64,000 nucleotides of DNA from an uncultured Oscillospiraceae bacterium. Lineage in GTDB: Bacteria; Bacillota; Clostridia; Oscillospirales; Ruminococcaceae. The notes beneath the pieces were generated by a model. That model saw only the letters and a list, made by a program, of their open reading frames with translations. It was not told the origin of the DNA and searched no databases. The DNA lies in the NCBI GenBank assembly GCA_964370195.1, contig CAYJIH010000001.1, forward strand, positions 92,621 to 156,620, written 5' to 3'. Each line of letters begins with the position of its first letter. Position 1 is the stretch's first letter. The translations under genes and the position numbers were made by a program. Below are positions 44,595-54,383 of the stretch, one piece after another.

Positions 44595-47500
44595 ATGTAT
44601 TTAAAGGCGCTGGAAATACAGGGGTTTAAAAGCTTCCCAGACCGCACGCGGATTTCGTTTGAGCTGGGTATTACAGCCGTGGTGGGGCCGAATGGAAGTG
44701 GAAAAAGCAACATCTCCGACGCAATTCGGTGGGTGATGGGCGAAACCAGCGTAAAGCAATTGCGTGGCGGCGGAAAAATGGAAAATGTCATCTTTGGCGG
44801 CACGCAAACACGTGGCGCCATGGGGTACGCCTCTGTGCAGCTGATTTTAGACAATACAGATAGGCGTCTTGATGTGGATGCAAAGGAAGTGGCGATTGGA
44901 CGTAAGTATTACCGAAGTGGCGATAGTGAGTACAGCATCAACGGCCAAAGTGTGCGCTTGCGAGACGTGTATGAACTGCTGCTGGACACGGGCCTTGGCC
45001 GAGATGGGTACTCTATTATTGGGCAAGGGCGTGTGGCGGAAATTGTGGGCGCGAAAAGCGCGGAACGAAGAGAAATTTTTGAAGAAGCCAGTGGCATTGC
45101 ACGGTTTCGTTACCGCAAAAATGAGGCAGAGCGTCGGCTCCTTTCCACAGAGGACAACCTGGTTCGTTTGCGTGATATTTTGGCAGAGCTTGAGGGGCGT
45201 GTGGGCCCGTTAGAAAAAGAGTGCGAGAAAGCAAAGCGGTTTTTAACACTTTCTGATGAAAAAAAGAGCATGGAAGTGACGCTTTGGGTGGATGTGATTC
45301 GTGCCACACGTGAGGAGCTGCGATGCCAACAGCGGAAGGTGGAAATTGCTGAGGCGGATTATACACAAAAAGGCGCAGAAATTGACAAAATTGATGAGGA
45401 GACATTGGGTATCCGTGCGGAAATTGAGCGGATTATCATTGACATAGAACGCTCTAATGGAAATATTCGAGCATTGCAAGAGGAGCTAAGCGGACGTGAC
45501 GCGAAAATTGCGGTGCTGGAGAATAACATCGAGCATCACCGAGAAAGCATGCAGGCGGTAAGCTGTGAATTAAAGCAAAGCGACGCGGGCGATGAAAATA
45601 TAACGAAAGAGATGGAAAGACACGAAGAAATTGTGCGGCAAGATGAGGAAAAACTGGCCACCGCACAGCGCGAAATTACAGTTATCGAAAAACGTTTGGA
45701 AGAGATGATACAGCATAGCCAAGCCAGCGGAGAGCGGCGCGGGGCGTTGCAGGCAAAATTGGCTGAACTGACAGCGCAGGCAACGGAGAGCCGAGTGGAG
45801 CAGGCCGAAAGCGCGGCGGCGGTAGAGGCGGCAGAACAAAATTTAAGCCAGTTGCAACAGGTGGCAAACCAGGCTGTAGAAGATTTGGCGCTGACGCAAA
45901 CAGAGCACGAAGAAACACAAGCATTTTTGAAAGATGTACAAGCAGAGCTTGCCAAACTTGAGAATATAAAAGTGGGCCTTGCTATGAAAGTGCAAACGCG
46001 CAGCAAAGCCTTGCAAGAAGCGGAAGAGGCTGTGCGAAAAGTACGAACAGAAGCAGAAAGTGGGCGGCAGAGGCTGCACATGCTTAAAGAGCTGGAGCAC
46101 AGTTTGGATGGGTTTCAAAACAGTGTGCGCCAGGTGATGAAGGCGGCTCGAAACGGAAAATTGCGTGGTATTATTGGGCCGGTGTCCAGCATATTGAGTG
46201 TACAAAAAGGGTATGAGGTGGCCATAGAAACAGCCCTAGGATACAGCATGCAAAACCTTGTGGTAGAAAACGAAAATGCGGCAAAAGCAGCAATGGCGTT
46301 TTTAAAACAAACGGGCGCAGGCAGGGCAACTTTTTTGCCGCTGGATACGGTAAAGCCACAGCAGTTTACGGGGAATTTACCGCAAGGGGCACAACAGGCA
46401 AAGCGGCTTGTGCAATACAACGCCCAATACGAAAATATTGTGTCTAGTTTGCTTGCGCGCATTGTGGTGGTGGAAGATATTACAGAGGCATCAAGTGTGG
46501 CGCGGGCGTTGGAATATAGAAACCGTGTGGTAACACAAGATGGGCAAGTAATCAATGCGGGTGGGTCGTTTACCGGTGGGTCGGTGTCTCGCACAGCCGG
46601 TTTGTTTAGCCGCCAGCAGGAGATGGAAGCGCTGCAAGCGAAAATGAGTGGCTGGCAACAACAGCTTACCGAGGCGCAAGAGGCCGAACAAAAAGCGCGT
46701 GCCGAGGTGGATGCCTTGCAAGCGGAATTGACGGCGACGGAGAGTGAAATTATCACACGTGGTGGTGATAAAATTCGCATTGAAACAGAGCTTGCGCGCC
46801 TTGACTCAGCAGTGGAAAGTGCAATGGAGCGCAGTGAGCAGACGGTGCAAGAACAAGCGCAGATGGAAGCGCGCAAGGTTGCTTTGCAGCAAAAGCGGCA
46901 AAGTGCCGCACAGGATGAGGCAAAGTGGCAGCGCGAAGTGGCGGCCTTATCGGTGGAGCTTACAAACCTTGCCGGTGCAGACGATAATTTTTTGCAAGAG
47001 AGAGAGTTGTTATCAGAAAAATTATCGGCATTGCGGTTGTCGGCGCTTGGGCATGAAAGAGATGTTCAGTTGCACCGCCAAAGCATTGAAACAATGCACA
47101 GCCGCCGCAGTGAAAGTGCTGCACGCAAACAGATGCTGCAAGAAAACAAACTTCGTTTGCAAGCGGAAATAGCCGAATATGAAGAGCGCATTAAAAACAT
47201 TGGGTTAGAAACAGTGTCGGGAAAAGAACGCATGCAACAGCTGGAGGATGAAATTCAAACGCTGACACAATTGCGCCTAGCAAAAGAGGGGTCGATAACA
47301 GCGCAAATGAGCCGCGAGCGCGAGATAACAGCCGAAAGGGAATCTCTTGGCCGGGAAATGACACGCCTGAGTGAACAGAAAAACACAATGGAAACACGAT
47401 ACGATAACACGGTGAATCAATTGTGGGAAGAGTATGAACTGGGCCCGATAGAAGCAGAATCCTATTGCGTTGCGTTTGACTCGGTGGCAGAGCTTCGCCG

Positions 47501-48152
47501 TCAAGTGAGTGAGGTACGAGGGAAAATTAGGGCGCTTGGCAATGTGAATGTGGGTGCCATTGAAGAATTTGAAGAAGTGAACACCCGGTATCGTTTCTTA
47601 AAAGAGCAAACGGAGGATGTAGAGGCAAGCAAACGAGAACTGGAGAAAATGATTGCGACGCTTTGTGCAGAGATGACAGAGCTGTTTAGGGCAAGTTTTT
47701 TGCAAATCAATGCAAATTTTGGCCGCATATTTACAGAGTTATTTGGCGGTGGCCAAGCGGGGCTTAGCTTGGCAAACCCCGACGATTTATTGGAAAGCGG
47801 TATTGATATTGAGGTGGCACCGCCCGGTAAAATTATCAAAGATTTATCGGCGCTTTCCGGTGGGGAACAATCCCTTGTAGCCATTTGTATCTATTTTGCC
47901 ATTCTTGGGGTGAACCCTTCTCCATTTTGTGTGCTGGATGAAATTGAAGCGGCGCTGGATGATGTCAATGTGCTTCGTTTTGCACAATACCTGCGCCGAA
48001 TTACGAAAGAGACACAGTTCATAGTTATTACACATCGCCGTGGTACAATGGAAGAGGCAGATGTTTTGTATGGCGTTACCATGCAAGAAGACGGGGTGTC
48101 TAAAATGCTTCGTCTTGGTGTTTCTGAGGTAGAGGCAAGCATGTTGCGTTAA
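44595..48152 (+). CDS. smc: chromosome segregation protein SMC
   Basis: MYLKALEIQGFKSF......F..GITAVVGPNGSGKSN (Walker A), long coiled coils, a hinge (G..G....L........A.E.ALG), LSGGE (signature), and CVLDEIEAALD (Walker B). Confidence 0.95.
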   Translation: MYLKALEIQGFKSFPDRTRISFELGITAVVGPNGSGKSNISDAIRWVMGETSVKQLRGGGKMENVIFGGTQTRGAMGYASVQLILDNTDRRLDVDAKEVAIGRKYYRSGDSEYSINGQSVRLRDVYELLLDTGLGRDGYSIIGQGRVAEIVGAKSAERREIFEEASGIARFRYRKNEAERRLLSTEDNLVRLRDILAELEGRVGPLEKECEKAKRFLTLSDEKKSMEVTLWVDVIRATREELRCQQRKVEIAEADYTQKGAEIDKIDEETLGIRAEIERIIIDIERSNGNIRALQEELSGRDAKIAVLENNIEHHRESMQAVSCELKQSDAGDENITKEMERHEEIVRQDEEKLATAQREITVIEKRLEEMIQHSQASGERRGALQAKLAELTAQATESRVEQAESAAAVEAAEQNLSQLQQVANQAVEDLALTQTEHEETQAFLKDVQAELAKLENIKVGLAMKVQTRSKALQEAEEAVRKVRTEAESGRQRLHMLKELEHSLDGFQNSVRQVMKAARNGKLRGIIGPVSSILSVQKGYEVAIETALGYSMQNLVVENENAAKAAMAFLKQTGAGRATFLPLDTVKPQQFTGNLPQGAQQAKRLVQYNAQYENIVSSLLARIVVVEDITEASSVARALEYRNRVVTQDGQVINAGGSFTGGSVSRTAGLFSRQQEMEALQAKMSGWQQQLTEAQEAEQKARAEVDALQAELTATESEIITRGGDKIRIETELARLDSAVESAMERSEQTVQEQAQMEARKVALQQKRQSAAQDEAKWQREVAALSVELTNLAGADDNFLQERELLSEKLSALRLSALGHERDVQLHRQSIETMHSRRSESAARKQMLQENKLRLQAEIAEYEERIKNIGLETVSGKERMQQLEDEIQTLTQLRLAKEGSITAQMSREREITAERESLGREMTRLSEQKNTMETRYDNTVNQLWEEYELGPIEAESYCVAFDSVAELRRQVSEVRGKIRALGNVNVGAIEEFEEVNTRYRFLKEQTEDVEASKRELEKMIATLCAEMTELFRASFLQINANFGRIFTELFGGGQAGLSLANPDDLLESGIDIEVAPPGKIIKDLSALSGGEQSLVAICIYFAILGVNPSPFCVLDEIEAALDDVNVLRFAQYLRRITKETQFIVITHRRGTMEEADVLYGVTMQEDGVSKMLRLGVSEVEASMLR

Positions 48153-48201
48153 AGAATAGGCAGAGCTTTTGTATAAAGCGTGGCACAAAAAAGTGTGAAT
48201 G

Positions 48202-48210
48202 TGCTATAAT
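48202..48210 (+). promoter_or_regulatory. extended -10 element upstream of ftsY
   Basis: TGcTATAAT, 88 nt before the ftsY ATG. I found no convincing -35. Confidence 0.35.
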
Positions 48211-48297
48211 GAAGTTGTCAACACAGCGCGCACTGTGCTGTTTTGCAGGAAAATATGGGAGATGAAACGAACTTAAAACAGAATAGGAGCCAAGCAT

Positions 48298-49209
48298 ATG
48301 GGGTTTTTTGAGAAACTTGGGGAGGGTCTTAAAAAAACACGCAACACAATTTTTGGCAGCATCAGCCAAATGGTCAACGCAGGCGAGGTGACAGATGAGC
48401 TGTATGAGGACTTGGAAGAACAGCTTATTTTGGCAGACACAGGCGTGGATGTGGCAGTGGATTTGATTGAAAAGCTGAAAATTAAGGTGCGAGATGATCG
48501 CATTAAAACAGGTGCAGATGCCTTAGAGGCACTAAAAAGCATCATTGAAGAAATGCTTACGGCAGACGCACAGCTACAAACAGAGGGAAAGCCCACGGTT
48601 CTATTGGTGATTGGTGTGAATGGCGTTGGTAAAACTACGTCGATTGCAAAACTGGCACACTTGTACACCGAAGAGGGAAAGCGCGTGATGTTGGCAGCGG
48701 CGGATACATTTCGTGCAGCAGCCATTGAGCAGCTGGATGTTTGGGCAAAACGTGCGAAGGTGCCTATTGTGCGCCATGCAGATGGCGCCGACCCAGCAGC
48801 AGTGGTGTTTGATGCCGTGCAAAGTGCCACGGCAAAAGGGATGGATGTTGTGCTGTGCGACACGGCAGGGCGCTTGCATACAAAGAAAAATTTGATGGAT
48901 GAGCTTTCTAAAATTAGCCGTGTTGTGCACAAAGCGAACCCAAATGCAACGGTAGAAACATTGCTTGTGCTGGATTCTGTTACAGGGCAAAATGCCATCC
49001 AGCAAGCGCAGCAGTTCATCGATGCAGCCAGCGCCACAGGGATTATTTTAACAAAACTCGATGGAACAGCAAAAGGCGGGGCGGTTATTAGCATCAAAGC
49101 GAAATTGGGCTTGCCGGTGCATTATGTTGGTGTGGGCGAAGGAATAGACGATTTGATGGTATTTGATCCAAAAGCTTTTGTGGATGCACTGTTCCTTTTG
49201 GAAGAGTGA
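48298..49209 (+). CDS. ftsY: signal recognition particle-docking protein FtsY (short form)
   Basis: GVNGVGKTTSIAKLA (G1), AADTFRAAA, DTAGRLH, TKLDGTAKGG. Confidence 0.95.
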   Translation: MGFFEKLGEGLKKTRNTIFGSISQMVNAGEVTDELYEDLEEQLILADTGVDVAVDLIEKLKIKVRDDRIKTGADALEALKSIIEEMLTADAQLQTEGKPTVLLVIGVNGVGKTTSIAKLAHLYTEEGKRVMLAAADTFRAAAIEQLDVWAKRAKVPIVRHADGADPAAVVFDAVQSATAKGMDVVLCDTAGRLHTKKNLMDELSKISRVVHKANPNATVETLLVLDSVTGQNAIQQAQQFIDAASATGIILTKLDGTAKGGAVISIKAKLGLPVHYVGVGEGIDDLMVFDPKAFVDALFLLEE

Positions 49210-49222
49210 GAGGGAGAAAATT

Positions 49223-49891
49223 ATGCAATTTTTGCTTGCCACAAACAACAAGCATAAGTTGGAGGAAATGCGCCGGTTGCTTGCGGGCAGTGGCCACACA
49301 GTGGTGGGGCTGAAAGAGGCTGGTGTGTTGTCAATGCCGGAGGAAACCGGTAAAACATTTTTAGAAAATGCGCATATCAAAGCAAGGGCGGCTTGCCAGC
49401 TTTCGGGCATTGCAACACTGGCAGACGATTCAGGGCTTTCTGTGGATGTGCTTGACGGTGCGCCTGGTGTGAATTCGGCGCGGTTTTCGGGCACACATGG
49501 AAATGATGAGGCAAACAATAAGAAATTATTGAAATTGCTGGCACGCACGCCATTTGCCAAGCGCACAGCACGGTTTGTTTGTGCGCTTGTGCTGCAAATG
49601 CCGGATGGGCCATGCCTTGAGGTGGAAGGCTGTTGTGAGGGAATTATAGGGTTTTCTGAAATGGGCGAAGGCGGGTTTGGATACGATCCCCTGTTTTTAG
49701 TGCAAGGAAAAAGCTTGGCACAATGCAGTGCCGAGGAAAAAGACGCCTTGAGCCATAGGGGCAAGGCGATGCGAGAGCTGATAGAACAATTACCCGCATT
49801 TTTAAACGAAGCAAATGCGGCACCAAGTGCACAGCAAAATGTGCCGGCGGTGCCAAGTGGCGAAAGCCAAGAGACGGAGGAAACAGTTTGA
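49223..49891 (+). CDS. rdgB: dITP/XTP pyrophosphatase (RdgB/HAM1 family)
   Basis: LLATNN.HKL.E, ETG.TF.ENA..KA, ADDSGL.VD.L.GAPG..SAR, F.C...L, G..GFGYDP.F, SHRG.A. The ATG at 49223 follows GAGGGAG. Confidence 0.9.
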   Translation: MQFLLATNNKHKLEEMRRLLAGSGHTVVGLKEAGVLSMPEETGKTFLENAHIKARAACQLSGIATLADDSGLSVDVLDGAPGVNSARFSGTHGNDEANNKKLLKLLARTPFAKRTARFVCALVLQMPDGPCLEVEGCCEGIIGFSEMGEGGFGYDPLFLVQGKSLAQCSAEEKDALSHRGKAMRELIEQLPAFLNEANAAPSAQQNVPAVPSGESQETEETV

Positions 49892-50184
49892 CAGGAAAAC
49901 AACGTGCGGCGCTGCGAAAAGCGTCCATGGAGATGAGTGCAGTTTTTCAGGTGGGAAAAAGCGGGCTGGAGCCTTCGGTGGTAAAAGCCACAGCCGACTG
50001 TTTAGCGGCACGGGAATTGATTAAGTTGAAAGTGCTGGAAACAAGCCCACAGCTTGCGCGCGAAGTGGCAGACGAGTTGGCCGCGGAAACAGGTGCAGAA
50101 GTTGTTTTGGTGCGTGGCAGAACTTTTGTGTTGTTTTTGAAAAAGAAAAAGGATTCTGCTTATGAGGCAATTTTGAAAAAATGA
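49888..50184 (+). CDS. yhbY: ribosome assembly RNA-binding protein YhbY (CRM domain)
   Basis: LTGKQRAALRK.......VFQVGKSGL......A....L.ARELIK.KVL....... is the CRS1/YhbY pattern. The TTG start lies 7 nt after GGAGG and overlaps the rdgB stop. Confidence 0.85.
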   Translation: MTGKQRAALRKASMEMSAVFQVGKSGLEPSVVKATADCLAARELIKLKVLETSPQLAREVADELAAETGAEVVLVRGRTFVLFLKKKKDSAYEAILKK

Positions 50185-50786
50185 GACTTTTGTTGTTTGG
50201 GGGCAGTTTTGACCCAGTGCATTTTGGGCATTTGCAATTGCTTGAAAATGCAGTGCAAGCTGCAAAGCCTGATAAAGTGGTGGTGATGCCCGTGGGCATT
50301 GCACCCCACAAACAAATGGCCACAGCGCAAGCACAGCACCGCATAAAAATGTGTGCCTGTTTTCGCGAGGTGTTTGCACAAACTGAAATTAGCGACAGGG
50401 AGTTGCGCCAAAAAGGCAAGAGCTATACGTTTGATACCGTGCAATTTTTACAAAGCAAATATCCGGATGCGACCATTTATTTGTCCATCGGTGGAGACTC
50501 GTTATTACAATTTCATACATGGCATTGCTACGAAAGAATATTGCCGGACGTGGTGCTTTTGGTGCAACAGCGAGAGGAGCAGTTGCACGAATTGCAACAG
50601 GCGGCACAACAGCTTGAAAAAAGGGGTGCACGCATTTTATTTTGCAAGGGCAACACGATGCGGATATCGTCTACACAAGTTCGAAATGCAGTAGCACAAA
50701 GAAAAAAAGAGGCCAAAAGTTATGTGCCGCCTCTTGTGTGGGAATTGATTGAAAAAGAGGGGTTGTATTTGCAGGTTAAAAATTGA
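50181..50786 (+). CDS. nadD: nicotinate-nucleotide adenylyltransferase
   Basis: LFGGSFDPVHFGHL (HxGH), ISST.VR. ATGA overlap with yhbY. Confidence 0.92.
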   Translation: MRLLLFGGSFDPVHFGHLQLLENAVQAAKPDKVVVMPVGIAPHKQMATAQAQHRIKMCACFREVFAQTEISDRELRQKGKSYTFDTVQFLQSKYPDATIYLSIGGDSLLQFHTWHCYERILPDVVLLVQQREEQLHELQQAAQQLEKRGARILFCKGNTMRISSTQVRNAVAQRKKEAKSYVPPLVWELIEKEGLYLQVKN

Positions 50787-50800
50787 AACGAGGTGCAAAC

Positions 50801-51409
50801 ATGCTGAGTGTAGAGCAAGCAAAGGCACTGGCGAAAAAACAGTTGAGCGCAAAGCGTTATCGCCATGAGAAAAATGTGGCAAAAGCAGCGTGTAAATTGG
50901 CAGTGCATTACGGGGTTGATGCGGAAAAAGCGAAACTGGCCGCATGGTTGCACGACATTGTAAAAGAGTGGGGACAAGAGGAGTTATTGCAGTTGTTACA
51001 GCAAGATGCTATAATGGCGGGGGAAACGAAGCAGCGCCCGCTGCCTATATGGCATGGGCCGTGTGCAGCCATTTATGCAAAACACCAGCTAGGGCTTTGT
51101 GATGAAGAGCTGTTTTCGGCACTGGCTTGCCATACAACCGGCAAGGTTGATATGAGCCTTTTTGATAAGATTATATTCATTGCTGATGTAATTAGTGATG
51201 AGAGGACTTTTCCGGGGGTAGAAAAACTGCGGAAATTGGCTTATGAAGACTTAGATGAAGCTGTTTTAATTGCAATGGAAGAGAATATTGCCCATGTAGA
51301 AAAACGGCAGAAGTTGCTAGATGAAGAAACAGTACGTGCATACGAAAGTATGAAAGAAAAGCGGCTGTGTCTGCTAAAAGAAAGTGTCACTGGAGGAATA
51401 TCCATTTGA
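50801..51409 (+). CDS. yqeK: bis(5'-nucleosyl)-tetraphosphatase (symmetrical), YqeK HD-domain protein
   Basis: RY.H...V...A..LA..YG.D..KA.LAAWLHD..KE, H......A and its position after nadD. The ATG at 50801 follows GAGGTG. Confidence 0.85.
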   Translation: MLSVEQAKALAKKQLSAKRYRHEKNVAKAACKLAVHYGVDAEKAKLAAWLHDIVKEWGQEELLQLLQQDAIMAGETKQRPLPIWHGPCAAIYAKHQLGLCDEELFSALACHTTGKVDMSLFDKIIFIADVISDERTFPGVEKLRKLAYEDLDEAVLIAMEENIAHVEKRQKLLDEETVRAYESMKEKRLCLLKESVTGGISI

Positions 51410-52731
51410 ATCAGTTTGAAAAAAATCTCCCGCCTAAAAAAGGGAAAAATGCAGCATCGTCTGCTACAAAAAAACCACAAAATGCAGGAACGGGCCGTCC
51501 GCCGGCCAATGCACCAAACACAGCGCCACCACAAAAGAGTGCCAATAGGCAGGAGGTTTCGCGCACACCACATACGCAGCAGCAAAACCAACCCGGTGGA
51601 AGGCCGCCGCAAAATCAAAGGCCACCTCAAAAACAAAAACGCAAAATGAAGCGTATTTTGCTAGGTGTGGGCATTGTGTTTTTATGCATTTTAATTTTAG
51701 GTGCCGGCTTGCTTGTATGGGCATACAATAGCATTAGCTCAGAGATTGCCCCAGAAGAAGGGGGCTATACGCCTGAGGACATTGCAAGTATTCCGGAATA
51801 TACAGGGGAAGGTGTTACAAACTTTCTTGTGTGTGGCATTGACTACGACAATGAAGCGGCAGATGGGTATACAAGCGAAGATCATGTTGGCCGCACAGAT
51901 ATGATTTTGTATGTGCGATATGATACCATCAATAATGATGTGGTTTTGATGCAGCTGCCACGGGATATTTATGTGGGGCCGGAGCTTGAAACAGGCGGTA
52001 CAGGCAAAATCAATGGCTTGTATTATTTTGCGGAAGACGAAGAAAATCGGATGGAGCCGCTTTCTCGTGCGGTTTACGACCAACTGGGCTTGCCTGTGGA
52101 TTTTTATGTAACCCTTGATATGGATGCCCTTAAAGAAATTATAGACCACCCACCGGGATATATTTCGGTGTATGTGCCCATGGATGTTATTGACCCCAAC
52201 AACCCAGAGGCGATGATTCCGGCCGGCTGGCGTGATTTTACAAGTGACGAGGCAGAATTTTTCTTGCGCAACCGTACAAGCCCCACGTATGAAGGCATGA
52301 GTGACATCATGCGGCTTCAGATGCAGCAAAGTTTCTACTCAGCTTTGTACCGTGAATTTACGGAATTGACACCGAACGACTTGCTTATGTGGATGCGTGT
52401 GTTGTTATATCGCGTAAATACAGATATGGACCCGATTCAGTTGGGTGGGCTTGCACAGAACGCGTTGACATTGGAAAGTAGCGATATTACATTTATTCGA
52501 CCACCGGTGGGCGCAGCAATGTATGGGACGAATTCTGTGCTCTCTTTAGAGGCAGAAGGCACGGCCGATTTGCTCAATGAATATCTGCGGCCGGAAGGGC
52601 AGAGCTTAAGTGTGGATGAACTAAATATTTATACATTGCCTATGGAGCTTGGTGTTTCAGAGGCAAGCATCCGCACTATGTCCGAGGTTCAATCAGTGGA
52701 AACAGACCCAGCAGCAGCTGCGGCTGCGTAG
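51406..52731 (+). CDS. LCP (LytR-CpsA-Psr) family protein, paralogue 1
   Basis: A P/Q/K-rich N-terminal tail, a TM helix (ILLGVGIVFLCILILGAGLLVWA), then the LCP core: NFLVCGID....RTDMILYV........L.QLPRD.YV......GKIN. The probable TTG start at 51406 lies 9 nt after GGAGG and overlaps the yqeK stop. The start is uncertain. Confidence 0.8.
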   Translation: MNQFEKNLPPKKGKNAASSATKKPQNAGTGRPPANAPNTAPPQKSANRQEVSRTPHTQQQNQPGGRPPQNQRPPQKQKRKMKRILLGVGIVFLCILILGAGLLVWAYNSISSEIAPEEGGYTPEDIASIPEYTGEGVTNFLVCGIDYDNEAADGYTSEDHVGRTDMILYVRYDTINNDVVLMQLPRDIYVGPELETGGTGKINGLYYFAEDEENRMEPLSRAVYDQLGLPVDFYVTLDMDALKEIIDHPPGYISVYVPMDVIDPNNPEAMIPAGWRDFTSDEAEFFLRNRTSPTYEGMSDIMRLQMQQSFYSALYREFTELTPNDLLMWMRVLLYRVNTDMDPIQLGGLAQNALTLESSDITFIRPPVGAAMYGTNSVLSLEAEGTADLLNEYLRPEGQSLSVDELNIYTLPMELGVSEASIRTMSEVQSVETDPAAAAAA

Positions 52732-52830
52732 CGAAAAGCGACTTTGCAGGAAAAACGAGATGTGCCTGTTTTGCAAATCGGCACATAGAGAAAAACTTGC
52801 ATAGTTTGTATAGAAAAAGGAACAAAACCA

Positions 52831-54369
52831 TTGAATAAAAAGGAACACGATTTTCAATCTGGGCGTATTCGGCGTGCGTCACAGGGAGAGGCTCCGCCGC
52901 AAGTGCCACAGCAAACCATTCCATCACAGAACACCACACCGCCCGCAGCGCCGCAGCAAAGCCTTTCCGATGCGGCTTTTCAAACGCCGCGAGTGCAGCA
53001 GCGAATGCAGGCGGCTTCTGTGGGGATGCCACAAAACCAAATGCCGACACAGAAAATAGACCCAGTGCAACCATCACCGGCACGGCAATCGCAGGTACAG
53101 CCTTCCAATACCCGTCAAAGGATGCCTTCGCAGCGTATGCCACAGCAGAGTGTGCCACAGCACATCATGCCGCAGGCTACTGTGCCGCAGCAGGAAGAAT
53201 TTGCAGCGACAGGAAAAAAAGGGTCAGCATCGCCAAATGGCGGAAAGCGCCCGAAGCAAAAGAAAAGCAAGCGGTTTAAAGTATGGATGTCTCTGTTTTT
53301 GGTGTTGATACTTTTGGTAGGTGGCGGAGCTGCTTTTGCAATGGGGTATTTGGATAGCCTGCTAAACACAAATTTACTGGGTTCTATTATAGAGTATTCA
53401 CCGAAAACATATTCGAAAAGTGATATGGTGAATGTTCTTATTGTGGGCATTGATAATGAAGAGGGGCGCGATTATGGCGCCGGCCTTGGTTTAACCGATA
53501 TGATTTTGTATGCCAGTTTTGATATACAAAACAACAAGCTGAATTTACTGCAAATTCCAAGAGACAGCTATATTGGGGAAGACGTGCCAACGGGCGGCAC
53601 GGGGAAAATCAATGCAGCCTTGATTTCCGGTGAAGATGAAAGCAACCCCATTAATAATTTGGTTCAAGTGGTGGAAGAGCAATTTATGCTTCCGGTAGAT
53701 CATTATATTGCCATGGATATGGATGGCATGAAAGCCATTGTGGATACATTTGGTGGGTTGTACGTTTATGTGCCACAAGAGATGTCTTTTGACGGAAGCT
53801 ATTTGCCGCAGGGCTGGCAGTGGCTGGATGGCAATGCGGCCGAGTTTTTTGTGCGCAACCGCTCGGGCCCCGGTTTTGAGCAAGCGGATATTTCTCGTTT
53901 AGACAACCAGCGTTTTTTCTATTCGGCGTTGTTTCGGCGTTTTATGAATTTGGCGCCACAAGATATTGTGAATTTAATGCCCGTGTTCGAGCATTATTGT
54001 AGCACAGATATTGGCCTTACCGATATTTTTGATTTGGCGTTTACAGCGCTGAATTTACAGGCAGAAAACGTGATGTTTTGCAAGGTGCCCGGTGCTACCG
54101 ACCCGGGGCTGGACCCAACAGGGCAGGGCCGAAGCCTGTACTATGTAGATATCTATGGGCGCGGCACGGCAGAAGAGCCCGGAGTGGCGAATTTGCTAAA
54201 TCAGTATTTTCGCACGTATACAGAGCCGGTGCCGGCAGAGGCACTGGGTTTGCCCAATGTAACAATTCCAAGTAACATAACGTTATATTCACCAAATGTA
54301 CAAGTGATGAGCAGTGTGCAGGCCGAAGAGGGCGGGGCCGACATCAATGTAGAGCCACAGTACGCATAA
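52831..54369 (+). CDS. LCP (LytR-CpsA-Psr) family protein, paralogue 2
   Basis: About 150 residues of P/Q-rich N-terminal sequence, a TM helix (VWMSLFLVLILLVGGGAAFAMG), then NVLIVGID....LTDMILYASFD......LLQIPRDSYIG......GKINAA. It is collinear with paralogue 1. TTG start. Confidence 0.8.
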   Translation: MNKKEHDFQSGRIRRASQGEAPPQVPQQTIPSQNTTPPAAPQQSLSDAAFQTPRVQQRMQAASVGMPQNQMPTQKIDPVQPSPARQSQVQPSNTRQRMPSQRMPQQSVPQHIMPQATVPQQEEFAATGKKGSASPNGGKRPKQKKSKRFKVWMSLFLVLILLVGGGAAFAMGYLDSLLNTNLLGSIIEYSPKTYSKSDMVNVLIVGIDNEEGRDYGAGLGLTDMILYASFDIQNNKLNLLQIPRDSYIGEDVPTGGTGKINAALISGEDESNPINNLVQVVEEQFMLPVDHYIAMDMDGMKAIVDTFGGLYVYVPQEMSFDGSYLPQGWQWLDGNAAEFFVRNRSGPGFEQADISRLDNQRFFYSALFRRFMNLAPQDIVNLMPVFEHYCSTDIGLTDIFDLAFTALNLQAENVMFCKVPGATDPGLDPTGQGRSLYYVDIYGRGTAEEPGVANLLNQYFRTYTEPVPAEALGLPNVTIPSNITLYSPNVQVMSSVQAEEGGADINVEPQYA

Positions 54370-54383
54370 GAAAGAGGAGTAAA

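Noticed and set aside
45536-46876. Several 80-250-aa minus-strand ORFs inside smc.
   Set aside because: These are typical shadow ORFs of a long coiled-coil gene with few antisense stop codons. The smc frame is continuous with Walker A, hinge, signature and Walker B motifs.
48273-49902. Two long minus-strand ORFs (274 and 284 aa) opposite ftsY and rdgB.
   Set aside because: The plus-strand genes carry unambiguous GTPase and HAM1 motifs. The antisense translations are Ser/Ala/Cys-rich with no motifs.
52676-53158. 160-aa minus-strand ORF across the LCP1/LCP2 junction.
   Set aside because: It is antisense to the P/Q-rich coding region of LCP2 (an Ala-rich shadow frame). It has no SD and no motif.
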